The notes: generated by a model not told the origin, from the sequence alone. Positions 49,649 through 59,219 are shown, counted from the stretch's first letter. The stretch is 64,000 nt of DNA from Minisyncoccota bacterium (GCA_028690055.1 JAQVBZ010000001.1:20452-84451), one strand, 5' to 3'. Translations and numbers: made by a program.

Positions 49649-50467
49649 ATGAGTGATTCAATGCAAAACGATTTCGATGAAATTTTGCAAAAAACGCAAA
49701 GCACTCCCATGCCGGAATTAGGGGAATCTAAAAAAGAAGATCTTTCGGTTCAAAATATCAAATCGGCAGTACCAGGGATGATAGAAGATCCGAAAGAGGT
49801 GCATCAGGCGATATCTTTTGCCCGGCAGCTGCAAGCGACTCGCGCAAAAGCGTCGGAGCAGGAGAAAGAGTTTATGAAAAATCTGCAGACGATACAGGAG
49901 CAGGATCCGGCACTGATCAAGAAAATCAAATTGGTGGGTATCGGAATCGTTATTTTGCTACTCATATTTGCCACGGTGATTTATCGAAACAGCCGAGATA
50001 ATAGTGCCGCAGTGGCTCCGGCGGTAGTGCAAAAGAATAACGCCACGAATGTACAAGAAAGCGCGGCCGATAAGCTGAAGGCGTCGCAGAATGTGAACGA
50101 CAGATTACGGGTAGGAAACTTGATTAATATCGCCCAGCTGGCTGTGGTATATCATTTAGAGCAGAAAGCGGATCTTCCCGTCAGCGCTACTTACGTGAAA
50201 TTGAATGAGAATAATCCTGTTACTGAATATCTTAAAGACGCTCTGATCAGGTATGGCAATTCTACGGGGATACTGTTGGATCCCAAAGACCCCGATTTTT
50301 ATTATGCCTACATATCCGTGGACGGAAGGAGCATTGAACTGAGCGCTAGGATCGAGAACGAAGACGGAGAATATTGTGATGGCGGAGGCAGTCCTTGCAT
50401 CTATAAAAAGACGATTACGGAAGCACAGATGACGGAAATGAGCTCTGATTTGGAAAGATATAAATAA
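49649..50467 (+). CDS. Hypothetical single-pass membrane protein
   Basis: 272 aa. TM at LVGIGIVILLLIFATVIY. C-terminal Cys cluster YCDGGGSPC. Confidence 0.4.
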   Translation: MSDSMQNDFDEILQKTQSTPMPELGESKKEDLSVQNIKSAVPGMIEDPKEVHQAISFARQLQATRAKASEQEKEFMKNLQTIQEQDPALIKKIKLVGIGIVILLLIFATVIYRNSRDNSAAVAPAVVQKNNATNVQESAADKLKASQNVNDRLRVGNLINIAQLAVVYHLEQKADLPVSATYVKLNENNPVTEYLKDALIRYGNSTGILLDPKDPDFYYAYISVDGRSIELSARIENEDGEYCDGGGSPCIYKKTITEAQMTEMSSDLERYK

Positions 50468-51016
50468 TTGTTTAAGTTTAAACATATGAAATGTCCTCGA
50501 TGCGGAAAATCTCTGGATGAGATTATTGTCGGTAATTGCCGGGTAGATCGCTGCGATAAATGCGGCGGCATCTGGTTCGACAAAGATGAACTCAGCACAA
50601 TCAGAGACGAGCGCGATGGAAATCTTAGCTGGCTGGATTTTGATTTGTGGAGCGATATAAATAAATTGAAATCGGGCGGCACTTATCTTGATTGTCCCCG
50701 CGATGGCGGTCCTCTCTACAAAATCCAATACGGTTCGTCAGACGTGATGGCGGACGTCTGCTTGGAGTGCCACGGCGTGTGGCTGGAAAAGGGTGAGATG
50801 GAAAAGATTATCAAAAATCTGGAGCAGAAGATAAATAAGGAAACTCTGCCTGAATATCTCCGGGATTTGGAGTTGGAAGTCCACGGTCTTTTTCTAGAGG
50901 CTGGACACACTAAAGAAGAGCTTCGCAACATTGCGATCATTATGAAGCTTATCGCTTATCGCCTGGTAGCACAGTATCCGAAGATTACGAAGATTGTGGC
51001 GTCTCTACCTGATTAG
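50468..51016 (+). CDS. Protein with two TFIIB-type zinc-ribbon modules (CPxC...C..CGG.WFD..EL)
   Basis: MKCPRCGKSLDEIIVGNCRVDRCDKCGGIWFDKDEL and LDCPRDGGPLYKIQYGSSDVMADVCLECHGVWLEKGEM. Start abuts the upstream stop. Confidence 0.5.
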   Translation: MFKFKHMKCPRCGKSLDEIIVGNCRVDRCDKCGGIWFDKDELSTIRDERDGNLSWLDFDLWSDINKLKSGGTYLDCPRDGGPLYKIQYGSSDVMADVCLECHGVWLEKGEMEKIIKNLEQKINKETLPEYLRDLELEVHGLFLEAGHTKEELRNIAIIMKLIAYRLVAQYPKITKIVASLPD

Positions 51017-51033
51017 AAAAATAATATTCTAAT

Positions 51034-51780
51034 ATGCAAAAAAAAGATCTGGCGAATGTGTTTTTGCTTATGACGGTTTTCGTTCTGTCATTGTTTATCT
51101 ACCTCACTCCTGTCGCTGCCCCGAGCGGGTCAATAATAGAAGAGAAAGGTAAGGTTTTGGGCGAACGTATCACAACGGAAACTGACGACGCGCCTTTCTC
51201 TCTTTTTGTTGGGGGGCTTCTCAGCAAGCGCAAAGAACTTGATGATAGCAATTGTGATTTTGTCGTGTCAGAAGAGTCGTCAGAAGGTTCCATCGCCTGG
51301 GAAGGGGAGCTGATTTGGAGCGACCCCGATAATTATAAAATTTTTATGGATCAGGGTAGGAAAATCATTGCGGTCAACCAGGGAGAAATCAATGAAATCA
51401 AGGATGACGGGAGCAAAGAATACTTTGGTACCATAGATGACGACGCTAGCGGATTTTTGAAATTTTCAGAAATCAGGAATTATGTCTTTGAGGATTTCCT
51501 TGCCGAGGTGGCGGAGAATCTGACGGAAAGCAACCTGGCAGGGGAAGAAGTCATTGACGGTACCAGATATTATATTTTTCAAAGCAAGATATCCATAATC
51601 AATTCCGGCAAAGAAATCAACCGAACATTTTATGTTTCAGGGGAGGGGGTATTTCTCAAAGCGTTCATCGAGGAAAAGACGAATGACTACGAGGTTTATG
51701 ATTCATCCGGTGAGGCTGTTGCTCAGAAAGGCCATGTGAAGAACATCAATATCGAAGTAAAAAACAGGGTGTTTTTCTAA
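51034..51780 (+). CDS. Hypothetical secreted protein
   Basis: Signal peptide MQKKDLANVFLLMTVFVLSLFIYLTPVAA. 248 aa, no recognised motif. Confidence 0.45.
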   Translation: MQKKDLANVFLLMTVFVLSLFIYLTPVAAPSGSIIEEKGKVLGERITTETDDAPFSLFVGGLLSKRKELDDSNCDFVVSEESSEGSIAWEGELIWSDPDNYKIFMDQGRKIIAVNQGEINEIKDDGSKEYFGTIDDDASGFLKFSEIRNYVFEDFLAEVAENLTESNLAGEEVIDGTRYYIFQSKISIINSGKEINRTFYVSGEGVFLKAFIEEKTNDYEVYDSSGEAVAQKGHVKNINIEVKNRVFF

Positions 51781-52052
51781 AATGATCTTCATTAAAGAAA
51801 ACTCCTGTTTTTTAGTGTTTCTAAATCTGCCATCTTATTCTGCAAATCATACCTTTTGCACCAAATTGCGTATAGACGTTATGGCTGTATTTTATAAATG
51901 AATTTTGAAGTAACAGGTTCTAACCTGCATATATTGGTGGTCAGGACAGAGATAAAGATTGTCTGTATTTACAAAATCGAACAAATAATATAGACTTACT
52001 GAGTGTTTTGAGGCTTTTGGTCTGACCGGACCTTAGGCCGTGACTATTCTTT

Positions 52053-52139
52053 GGAAGGGTGGCTGAGCGGTCGAAAGCGCACGCTTGGAAAGCGTGTGAG
52101 CCAGTAATGGTTCCGCGGGTTCGAATCCCGCCCCTTCCG
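52053..52139 (+). tRNA. tRNA-Ser (anticodon GGA), long variable arm, no encoded CCA
   Basis: Acceptor GGAAGGG/CCCTTCC, anticodon stem CACGC/GCGTG with loop TTGGAAA, T-arm GCGGGTTCGAATCCCGC. Confidence 0.85.
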
Positions 52140-52278
52140 CATTCTGGGTGGGATGAGAAGTTTATTCCCTGGAAGGGTAAATCCCGCCTTGACCTGTACC
52201 TAATAAAATGAAAACCCCGTATAGGTGTATATGCTGTTTTTAAAGGAGTAGGGCGATTATTTAAGGATAAAAATTATC

Positions 52279-52815
52279 ATGAAAATATTTGCTGTTTACG
52301 GACGATTGAATTTGACAAAGAAACCGGAATGGTTTGAGGCTTTTCGCGCCAAATATGGAACTATATTTGAATACCACGTAACACTCAAACAGTCGTGTTT
52401 TATTGAAGAGCCACAGATTCCAGATCTCAAGAAAAAACTGAATGATATCTTCGAAAACTTCGCCGTGCCTGGACACAAAATTGATATGATTTTCGATGAA
52501 TTGTATTCAGAGAAAGATGCGATAATGGTCCGTACGAAAGAGACCAGACCAATAATAGATCTACAGAAACAGATAAGAGATACCCTGAAAGATTATGACC
52601 GGTATGTGGCACCAGAACTTAAAACTTACGAATACAATTTTCATCCGCACGTTTCAATCGTCATAGATCTAACGCCGGAACAGTACGCGGCGGCAAACAG
52701 GGAACTGAAATCCGATTATCGTTGCGAAGGAATCATTGAGGAGATTGTTTTGGTGGTTGCGGAACATGCTAGGAAACCAGTAGATCTCGAAAACCAGATG
52801 ATTTATCATTTATAA
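52279..52815 (+). CDS. 2H phosphoesterase (LigT/ThpR-like 2'-5' RNA ligase family)
   Basis: Two HxT/S motifs: HVTLK (res ~33) and HPHVSIV (res ~133). Confidence 0.6.
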   Translation: MKIFAVYGRLNLTKKPEWFEAFRAKYGTIFEYHVTLKQSCFIEEPQIPDLKKKLNDIFENFAVPGHKIDMIFDELYSEKDAIMVRTKETRPIIDLQKQIRDTLKDYDRYVAPELKTYEYNFHPHVSIVIDLTPEQYAAANRELKSDYRCEGIIEEIVLVVAEHARKPVDLENQMIYHL

Positions 52816-52946
52816 AAATCTGGGTAAGGATTTGATGGTCATTGTATAATGATTAATCCTTAGCTTTCCAATCTGAATTAGCAGCTTTGATTATTTCTTT
52901 CCGTATTCGGTACGCAGTAGTGCACTTATTGCGCGACCCATCCTAT

Positions 52947-53086
52947 TGTCATTCCGAAATGAGCGGAGCGATTGAGGAATCTGGGAATAATACTAAGCGC
53001 TTATAACATTTCATATAAACATATCACTAGAAGATTCTTCCGCATTTCCCAGATCCCTCAGTCGAGTACGATTTTCGGGATGACAA
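52947..53086 (+). repeat. MITE-like family 2, copy b
   Basis: TGTCATTCCGAAATGAGCGGAGCGATTGAGGAATCTGGGAATAAT...CCCAGATCCCTCAGTCGAGTACGATTTTCGGGATGACAA. Confidence 0.85.
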
Positions 53087-53102
53087 AGTTATATATGTTA
53101 TT

Positions 53103-53185
53103 GTGATTGTAGAGACGTCGATTTATCGCGTATTTTTTTGACAAAGAAATCTACACTTGCCGTATAGATTTTTTATTTTGCTTTC
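53103..53185 (+). repeat. Family-3 module (GTAGAGACGYCGATTTATCGC...hairpin + T-run), copy a; directly follows family 2
   Basis: Also at 54262-54345, 58785-58862 and 59052-59120. Hairpin AATCYAYAC...GTRTRGATT followed by TTTTT suggests terminator-like function. Confidence 0.7.
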
Positions 53186-53262
53186 TAACTTGGTAGAAAT
53201 ATGATATAGCCATTTTTATCCGGCAGATTAGAAAATGAAAGAATTGGAAAAATATAAAATAT

Positions 53263-53556
53263 TTAATTTTCTCCAATGTTTTCATTTGTAATTTCGATTG
53301 CCTTTCCTTCAATTAGGGCTATGGAAATTTTTTTATAGGCAGACGAAAGAATTCTTTGAAAAGTGCTCTGCGATGTATTCATTTTTTTAGCACATTCTGT
53401 TTGCTCTAGATCTTTGATATTTCTAAGTCTCAAAGCTTCAATTTCTTCAAGCGTCAGTTTGATTACTTCCAAAGATCTCATCGGCACGCCTTGAGGTTTG
53501 AAATAGGTTATCTCCGGATTGAATCCTATTTTTCGACAAAGTCTCGGTCTTGGCAT
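53263..53556 (-). CDS. DUF134-like (UPF0251) predicted DNA-binding protein
   Basis: N-terminus MPRPRLCRKIGFNPEITYFKPQGVPMRSLEVIKLTLEEIEALRLRNIKDLEQTECAKKMNTSQSTFQRIL matches the MPRPxKCRRV...FKP.GVP...L...E.EALRL signature of DUF134 (sigma-70 region-4-like HTH). Confidence 0.65.
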   Translation of the reverse strand: MPRPRLCRKIGFNPEITYFKPQGVPMRSLEVIKLTLEEIEALRLRNIKDLEQTECAKKMNTSQSTFQRILSSAYKKISIALIEGKAIEITNENIGEN

Positions 53557-53647
53557 AAATCTAATCCTTTCTGTATCTTATGATAAACTGATTGATTAAT
53601 GAAAGCTATCCGGCCTCTTTATTGCGAAGAGGCCGGATTTAGCTTCT

Positions 53648-53890
53648 TTACTTTTGCTGGGATTGTAAGGCTGATTTTTCTTCTTTAATCGCCGCTAACT
53701 CTTCTTCGAGCATTTTTTCTTCGTTTTCCAGAGCGGAGAGTTCGTTTTTGGGAGAAATGAATCTCCTGCGACCGAAACCGCGTCCACTACAACAACCTCG
53801 TCCCATTCCAAAACCGGCACCGCAAGAACCCATTCCTCGTCCGGTTCCAGCACCTTGACCCGTAGGGCCTGTTCCATTTAATTCTGGCAT
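53648..53890 (-). CDS. Small Gly/Arg/Cys-rich protein with C-terminal coiled coil (DUF5320-like)
   Basis: MPELNGTGPTGQGAGTGRGMGSCGAGFGMGRGCCSGRGFGRRRF then ENEEKMLEEELAAIKEEKSALQ. Strong RBS AGGAGGTG lies 7 nt before this ATG. The longer 125-aa ORF-track version lacks an RBS. Confidence 0.55.
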   Translation of the reverse strand: MPELNGTGPTGQGAGTGRGMGSCGAGFGMGRGCCSGRGFGRRRFISPKNELSALENEEKMLEEELAAIKEEKSALQSQQK

Positions 53891-54104
53891 AATATTCTCA
53901 CCTCCTTTCTTGATTTCAATAAACATTCCGACCTTTGTGTCACCATCTATATTGAATATATATTCATAATGACTTTTCGTCAAGTTTTCTGATCGAATAT
54001 AAAACTGAATGAAAAATGTCGCCAAGGAAAAAGTAATCGTTCAATCTGAAGGGGGGGGCAGGTACGCAGTAGCGCGCCTACAACGTGACACAGCCTCCCC
54101 TATA

Positions 54105-54245
54105 TGTCATTCCGAAATGAGCTACTGCGACCCCGGAATCTGGGAATAATGCTATGCGCTTATAATATTTTATATAAATATAACGCCAGAAGATTTTCCC
54201 GCATTCCCCAGATCCCTCAGTCGAGTACGACTTTCGGGATGACAA
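54105..54245 (+). repeat. MITE-like family 2, copy c
   Basis: Same orientation as copy b, ~85% identical. Confidence 0.85.
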
Positions 54246-54261
54246 GGTTGCGTTATGTCTC

Positions 54262-54345
54262 AGGAGTTGTAGAGACGCCGATTCATCGCATCTTTCTTGG
54301 TAAAGGAATCTATACTCCCTGTATGGATTTTTGTTCTGCGCCGTG
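54262..54345 (+). repeat. Family-3 module, copy b
   Basis: TGTAGAGACGCCGATTCATCGCATCTTTCTTGGTAAAGGAATCTATACTCCCTGTATGGATTTTTG. Confidence 0.7.
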
Positions 54346-54395
54346 ATAGTATGAAGTATGAAATGCCTTACTATTATTACAAGGTGGCGATAATG

Positions 54396-54535
54396 GTTGT
54401 CATTGCGACGACGCGGCAATCCCGAGGCTATGCGAAACAACCCGTATGTAACTACTGGTGAAATATAGTAACAGGATTGCCACGTCGGAAAGGGCACAAG
54501 ATATTGTGCCCCTACAGTTCGCAATGACAAGTCGT
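54396..54535 (+). repeat. Family-4 extended element (TIR TGTCATTGCGA...TCGCAATGACA) with palindromic core
   Basis: See 39062-39200. Terminal TTGTCATTGCGACG / CGCAATGACAAG inverted repeat. Confidence 0.7.
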
Positions 54536-54579
54536 ATATCGTTTGCTATCCATAAATGTAATCATAAAAAATAAAACTG

Positions 54580-56313
54580 ATGCAACAAATCATAAAATAT
54601 TTCAAACCATATCTGCTGTGGCTTCTTGTCCTCATCTTTTTTGTGGGCGGGCAGAGTTATGTCAACCTGACCTTGCCGGATTATACCGCGCGGATCGTTA
54701 ACGAGGGGGTAAGCAAGCAGAACTTGGGTATCATTTACTCTGTGGGTGCGGAGATGCTGCTTATCACTTTGCTTGGCGGACTTTTTACTGTGGCCGCTGG
54801 TTTTTTGGCGGCCAAGATTTCCACCGGTTATGCGAGGCGACTACGTGAGGCTACCTTCACCAAAGTGGAAAGTTTCTCGCTGGATGAATTCAATGATTTT
54901 TCTTCTTCGTCGCTGATTACACGCGCGACCAATGATGTCCAACAGTTGCAAAATGTGCTGGGGATGCTGATGCGTATGACTTTTATGGCGCCCTTGATGG
55001 GGGTGGGAGCTATCATCAAGGCCAACCAACTGGCGCCGAGTATGTCTTGGATAATGTTTTGTGCCATAGGTTTTTTGATTGCAGTATTGTTGGTTCTTTT
55101 TATTCTGGCTATCCCGAAATTTACTGTTATTCAGAAGCTGGTAGATAAGCTGGGTTTGGAAGTTCGTGAGATGTTGGTGGGGGTGCGGGTAATCCGCGCT
55201 TATGACAAGGATGCCTCGGTGCAGAAGAAATTTTCCGAAGCCAATCAGGAATCTACCCGTTTGAACATATTCGTGGCAAGACTGATTTCGATCGTATCGC
55301 CGGTGATGACGCTGCTGATGGGGCTTACGGGCGTGGCAGTGGTCTGGGTAGGCGCTTATCTCGTCGATGGCGGGACGCTTGATATCGGTCACATCGTGGC
55401 TTTGATGCAATATATTTCTCAGGCTATCTTTTCTTTCTTTATGCTGTCTATCGTCTTTATCATGATTCCGCGTGCGGCGGTATCGGTCCGGCGTATCAGC
55501 GAGATATTGGAGGTTAAGTCTCGCATCAAGGATCCGGAAACTTCGGAGCATCTGCATGACACTGTCCGGGGCAAAGTGGAATTTCGAGATGTGAGTTTCA
55601 GTTATGAAGGTTCGGAACAGCCGATATTGAATGATATTTCTTTTATTGCCAAGCCCGGCGAAACTACCGCTATCGTGGGTGGCACGGGATCGGGCAAGTC
55701 GACGCTTCTCAATTTGATTCCACGACTCTATGATGTCACGGTGGGGTCGATCACTCTGGACGGTGTTGATATCCGTCATATTACACAGCACGAACTCCGC
55801 AAACATATCGGATACATTCCGCAAAAATCCTCACTTTTTTCTGGGACGGTAAAAAGCAATATCGCATACGGAGCGGGAAAAGTGAAGAAAGGAGAAATAG
55901 AGAAAGCGGCCGCCATCGCCCAAGCGACGGAATTTATCGGAGAGCTTCCGGAGGGTTTTGAGAGTCCTATCGCTCAGGGAGGCACCAATCTTTCCGGCGG
56001 ACAGAAGCAGCGACTCTCCATTGCCCGAGCGCTTGCCAAAAAATCCCCAGTCATCCTCTTTGACGACAGCTTTTCGGCACTCGACTACAAGACGGATGCG
56101 GCATTGCGCCGTGCACTGCAGAAAGAATTGAAGGAGTCAACCATTATTATCGTAGCGCAGCGGATCAGTACTATTATGCACGCTGACAATATTATCGTTC
56201 TTGATAATGGTAAAATTGTGGGGCAGGGCAAACACGAGGAACTTCTCAAATCGTGTCCGGTTTATCAGGAAATAGCCGCCTCGCAATTATCGGCGGAAGA
56301 ATTAGGAAAATAG
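54580..56313 (+). CDS. ABC exporter, fused permease/ATP-binding subunit (heterodimeric MdlA/B-type, subunit 1)
   Basis: 6-TM domain plus NBD with Walker A GGTGSGKST, signature LSGGQKQRLSIARAL, Walker B ILFDDSFSALD. Confidence 0.9.
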   Translation: MQQIIKYFKPYLLWLLVLIFFVGGQSYVNLTLPDYTARIVNEGVSKQNLGIIYSVGAEMLLITLLGGLFTVAAGFLAAKISTGYARRLREATFTKVESFSLDEFNDFSSSSLITRATNDVQQLQNVLGMLMRMTFMAPLMGVGAIIKANQLAPSMSWIMFCAIGFLIAVLLVLFILAIPKFTVIQKLVDKLGLEVREMLVGVRVIRAYDKDASVQKKFSEANQESTRLNIFVARLISIVSPVMTLLMGLTGVAVVWVGAYLVDGGTLDIGHIVALMQYISQAIFSFFMLSIVFIMIPRAAVSVRRISEILEVKSRIKDPETSEHLHDTVRGKVEFRDVSFSYEGSEQPILNDISFIAKPGETTAIVGGTGSGKSTLLNLIPRLYDVTVGSITLDGVDIRHITQHELRKHIGYIPQKSSLFSGTVKSNIAYGAGKVKKGEIEKAAAIAQATEFIGELPEGFESPIAQGGTNLSGGQKQRLSIARALAKKSPVILFDDSFSALDYKTDAALRRALQKELKESTIIIVAQRISTIMHADNIIVLDNGKIVGQGKHEELLKSCPVYQEIAASQLSAEELGK

Positions 56314-56574
56314 ATATATGAATATTCATCTCGAATCAAGCAAAATAAATTTTTGTGAATTCTTTCCCCTGAAGATGTTCTTTCGTCTTTGCTATTCCGG
56401 ACGAATGTGAGGAAGCTCCTCATTACATTAAAGTTATATGATGCGGGTTTGTTTCGGCAATGAAGGGATCCTTCGGCTCCGCGCAGGATTACAAATCGAG
56501 GGTCCTATGGCAGAAGGGGGGTCGGGTGATCTTGATAGAGTTAAAGAGAGTGTTAAATCGATTCAAATAAAATT

Positions 56575-58419
56575 ATGGATAACGATAAGAAGAAAAAAAT
56601 ACAAGGATTTCGTGGCGGTTCTCCGGGAAGCATCGGAGTCGGCCCGGTATCCAAAGCGAAAGATTTTAAGAAAACCTCGCGCGCTTTTATCAGCTATCTG
56701 AAACCGTACTGGGGAAGTTTTATTTTGGTGCTGGTTTTGGCGATTTTGAGTACACTCTTTTCTTTGCTAGGGCCGAAAATTCTCGGGGATATGACGGACA
56801 TCGTCACTCGTGGAATCTTTGGCGCGGAAGGGGGAATTGATTTCGATGCGATTGCTCGCACAGGCTATCTTTTGGTGGGCTTATATGCCTTAAGTGCCAT
56901 CTTCGGATATATGCAAGGTTGGATAATGGCGGGAGTTTCACAGAAGATCACTTACGCCTTCCGGCGCGATATCTCTCACAAGATTTCGAAATTGCCCCTC
57001 AGCTATTTTGATCGGCACGAGAAAGGTGACATTATCAGCCGGGTAACGAACGATGTGGAAGCCGTCAGCCAGAATCTCAATCAGAGTTTGGTGCAAGTCG
57101 TCACTTCAGTAGTGTCCCTTGTCGGTATTTTGGTTATGATGATTTCCATCAGTGTCCCGATGACATTAATCGCGCTTTTGATATTGCCGGCGAGTATGAT
57201 ATTTATCCGTTTGGTCATGAAGAAATCCCAGCGTTTTTATCAGCGTCAACAAAGTTCTTTGGGAGAGATGGATGGTCATATCGAAGAGATGTTTTCCAAT
57301 CACGCTATCGTCAAAGCTTACAACGGCGAAAAGGATTCTGTCCGTCGTTTTAGTGGTATCAACGAGCAGCTCTACGATAGCGGTTGGAAAGCGCAATTCA
57401 TGTCGGGGCTTATGATGCCCGTAATGCACTTCATCAGCAATCTTGGCTATGTCGCTGTGACATTGGTGGGAGGCTATCTCGCCATACAAGGAAGGGTGAC
57501 TATCGGTGGCATCCAGGCATTTCTCCAATATATGAATCAATTCACCCAGCCCATCAGTCAGGCCGCGAACATCGCCAATGTTTTTCAGTCGACCATCGCG
57601 GCAGTGGAACGGATATTCGAATTCATTGATGAGCCGGAAGAAAGGATGGAAAAAAATACTTTGCCCGCGCCAAAAACTATTGCTGGTCGGGTGGAATTCA
57701 AGGATGTCTTTTTCGGTTATGATCCGCAAAAGCCGGTCATCCATGATTTTAGCGCGAGCATCGAACCGAAGCGCAATGTGGCTATCGTCGGTCCGACGGG
57801 GGCAGGCAAGACGACTCTCGTCAATCTTCTGATGCGCTTCTATGATATCGACCGCGGCACTATCACTGTCGACGGAGTGGATATCGCCAAGATGAAACGC
57901 CAAGATGTGCGACGTATGTTCGGTATGGTGCTTCAAGATACGTGGCTCTTCAGCGGTACGATAGCGGAGAATATCGCTTTCGGAAAACCTGATGCTACGC
58001 GCGAGGAAATCATCGCCGCAGCCGAGAAAGCTCACGTCGATCATTTCATCCGTACGCTATCGCTGGGTTACGACACAGTTATCGCCGATTCAATCGATAA
58101 TATTTCCGCCGGTGAAAAACAGCTTCTAACTATTGCCCGTGCCGTCTTGGCTGATGCGCCTATGCTCATCTTAGACGAGGCGACCAGCTCGGTCGATACC
58201 CGCACCGAGAGCCTCATCCAATCCGCGATGGAAAAGCTCACTCATGACCGTACCAGTTTCGTCATCGCGCACCGCCTCTCGACCATCAAGAACGCAGATT
58301 TGATTCTAGTGATGAAAAGCGGAAACATTATCGAGCAGGGGAAACATCAGGAGCTTTTGGAAAAAGGAGGTTTCTATGCAGTGCTTTATAACAGTCAGTT
58401 TGTTGGAGCGAGGGGTTAA
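56575..58419 (+). CDS. ABC exporter, fused permease/ATP-binding subunit (subunit 2)
   Basis: Walker A GPTGAGKTTL, signature ISAGEKQLLTIARAV, Walker B LILDEATSSVD. Confidence 0.9.
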   Translation: MDNDKKKKIQGFRGGSPGSIGVGPVSKAKDFKKTSRAFISYLKPYWGSFILVLVLAILSTLFSLLGPKILGDMTDIVTRGIFGAEGGIDFDAIARTGYLLVGLYALSAIFGYMQGWIMAGVSQKITYAFRRDISHKISKLPLSYFDRHEKGDIISRVTNDVEAVSQNLNQSLVQVVTSVVSLVGILVMMISISVPMTLIALLILPASMIFIRLVMKKSQRFYQRQQSSLGEMDGHIEEMFSNHAIVKAYNGEKDSVRRFSGINEQLYDSGWKAQFMSGLMMPVMHFISNLGYVAVTLVGGYLAIQGRVTIGGIQAFLQYMNQFTQPISQAANIANVFQSTIAAVERIFEFIDEPEERMEKNTLPAPKTIAGRVEFKDVFFGYDPQKPVIHDFSASIEPKRNVAIVGPTGAGKTTLVNLLMRFYDIDRGTITVDGVDIAKMKRQDVRRMFGMVLQDTWLFSGTIAENIAFGKPDATREEIIAAAEKAHVDHFIRTLSLGYDTVIADSIDNISAGEKQLLTIARAVLADAPMLILDEATSSVDTRTESLIQSAMEKLTHDRTSFVIAHRLSTIKNADLILVMKSGNIIEQGKHQELLEKGGFYAVLYNSQFVGARG

Positions 58420-58434
58420 CTCGGAAGCGGGCGT

Positions 58435-58539
58435 GTGGAGTAGCGGGATTCATCCCGCGCTGCTGTCCCACTCGAAAAATATGTCGTATACGTTCTGCCT
58501 GCGTTGGACAATCGCGCAGGCTAAAGTCTGCTACTCCAT
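58435..58539 (+). repeat. MITE-like family 1, copy 6 (starts 16 bp after the ABC transporter stop)
   Basis: GTGGAGTAGCGGGATTCATCCCGCGCTGCTGTCCCACTCG...GCGCAGGCTAAAGTCTGCTACTCCA. Confidence 0.85.
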
Positions 58540-58625
58540 GTGAGGTATCGTGTGAGTAAATTTATATTTGTAATTTTACGATGATTGGCGCAATCCCGTC
58601 ATTATATTTTCACCCTCCTCAATTT

Positions 58626-58768
58626 TGTCATTCCGAAATGAGCTACTGCGATTGAGGAATCTGGGAACAATATTATACAATGGCAGAATTACTTTTATAA
58701 ATATAACGTCAGAAGCTTCTTCCGCATTTCCCAGATCCCTCAGTAGAGTACAACTTTCGGGATGACAA
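58626..58768 (+). repeat. MITE-like family 2, copy d
   Basis: Full-length copy, followed by a family-3 module at 58785-58862. Confidence 0.85.
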
Positions 58769-58784
58769 GGTAATATTATGCCGC

Positions 58785-58862
58785 AGGAATTGTAGAGACG
58801 CTGATTTATCGCATTTTTTTTGGCGAAGTAATCCATACTTTTGTGTGGATTTTTGTTTGGCG
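58785..58862 (+). repeat. Family-3 module, copy c
   Basis: TGTAGAGACGCTGATTTATCGCATTTTTTTTGGCGAAGTAATCCATACTTTTGTGTGGATTTTTG. Confidence 0.7.
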
Positions 58863-58923
58863 GTATACTAAGAATAGGCGATAAGTTTATATCCGACAGG
58901 AAAGTATATGTCCGATTATCTAT

Positions 58924-59120
58924 TGTCATTCTGAGCGGAGCAGCGCGGAGTCGAAGAATCCCTTCATCACCACCTGTCCCATCTCATACAGTTTTATTAT
59001 AATGAAGCGATTCCTCGACAGGCTCGGAATGACAAAGTTTATGCCATCTCGTAGGACCCGTAGAGAAGCCGATTTATCGCGTCTTTCTTTGACAGCGGCC
59101 ATAAACTTGGATGTTTTTTG
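58924..59120 (+). repeat. Divergent family-2 variant (TGTCATTCTGAGCGGAG...GGAATGACAA) plus family-3 module copy d
   Basis: Same terminal architecture with a different interior. Followed by CGTAGAGAAGCCGATTTATCGCGTCTTTCTTTGACAG. Confidence 0.65.
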
Positions 59121-59219
59121 ATGAGGTCGTATAATTGTTATTATGAATATAGTGATACTGTCTCGCGGATGAAACAGACAATATTATTGCATATTATCCT
59201 AAAATTTTAAAATAATCAT

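Noticed and set aside
53648-54025. 125-aa version of the Gly-rich protein (ORF-track start at 54025)
   Set aside because: The N-terminal 45 aa have no RBS and are not Gly-rich. A strong AGGAGGTG sits 7 nt before the internal ATG at 53890, so the short form was chosen.
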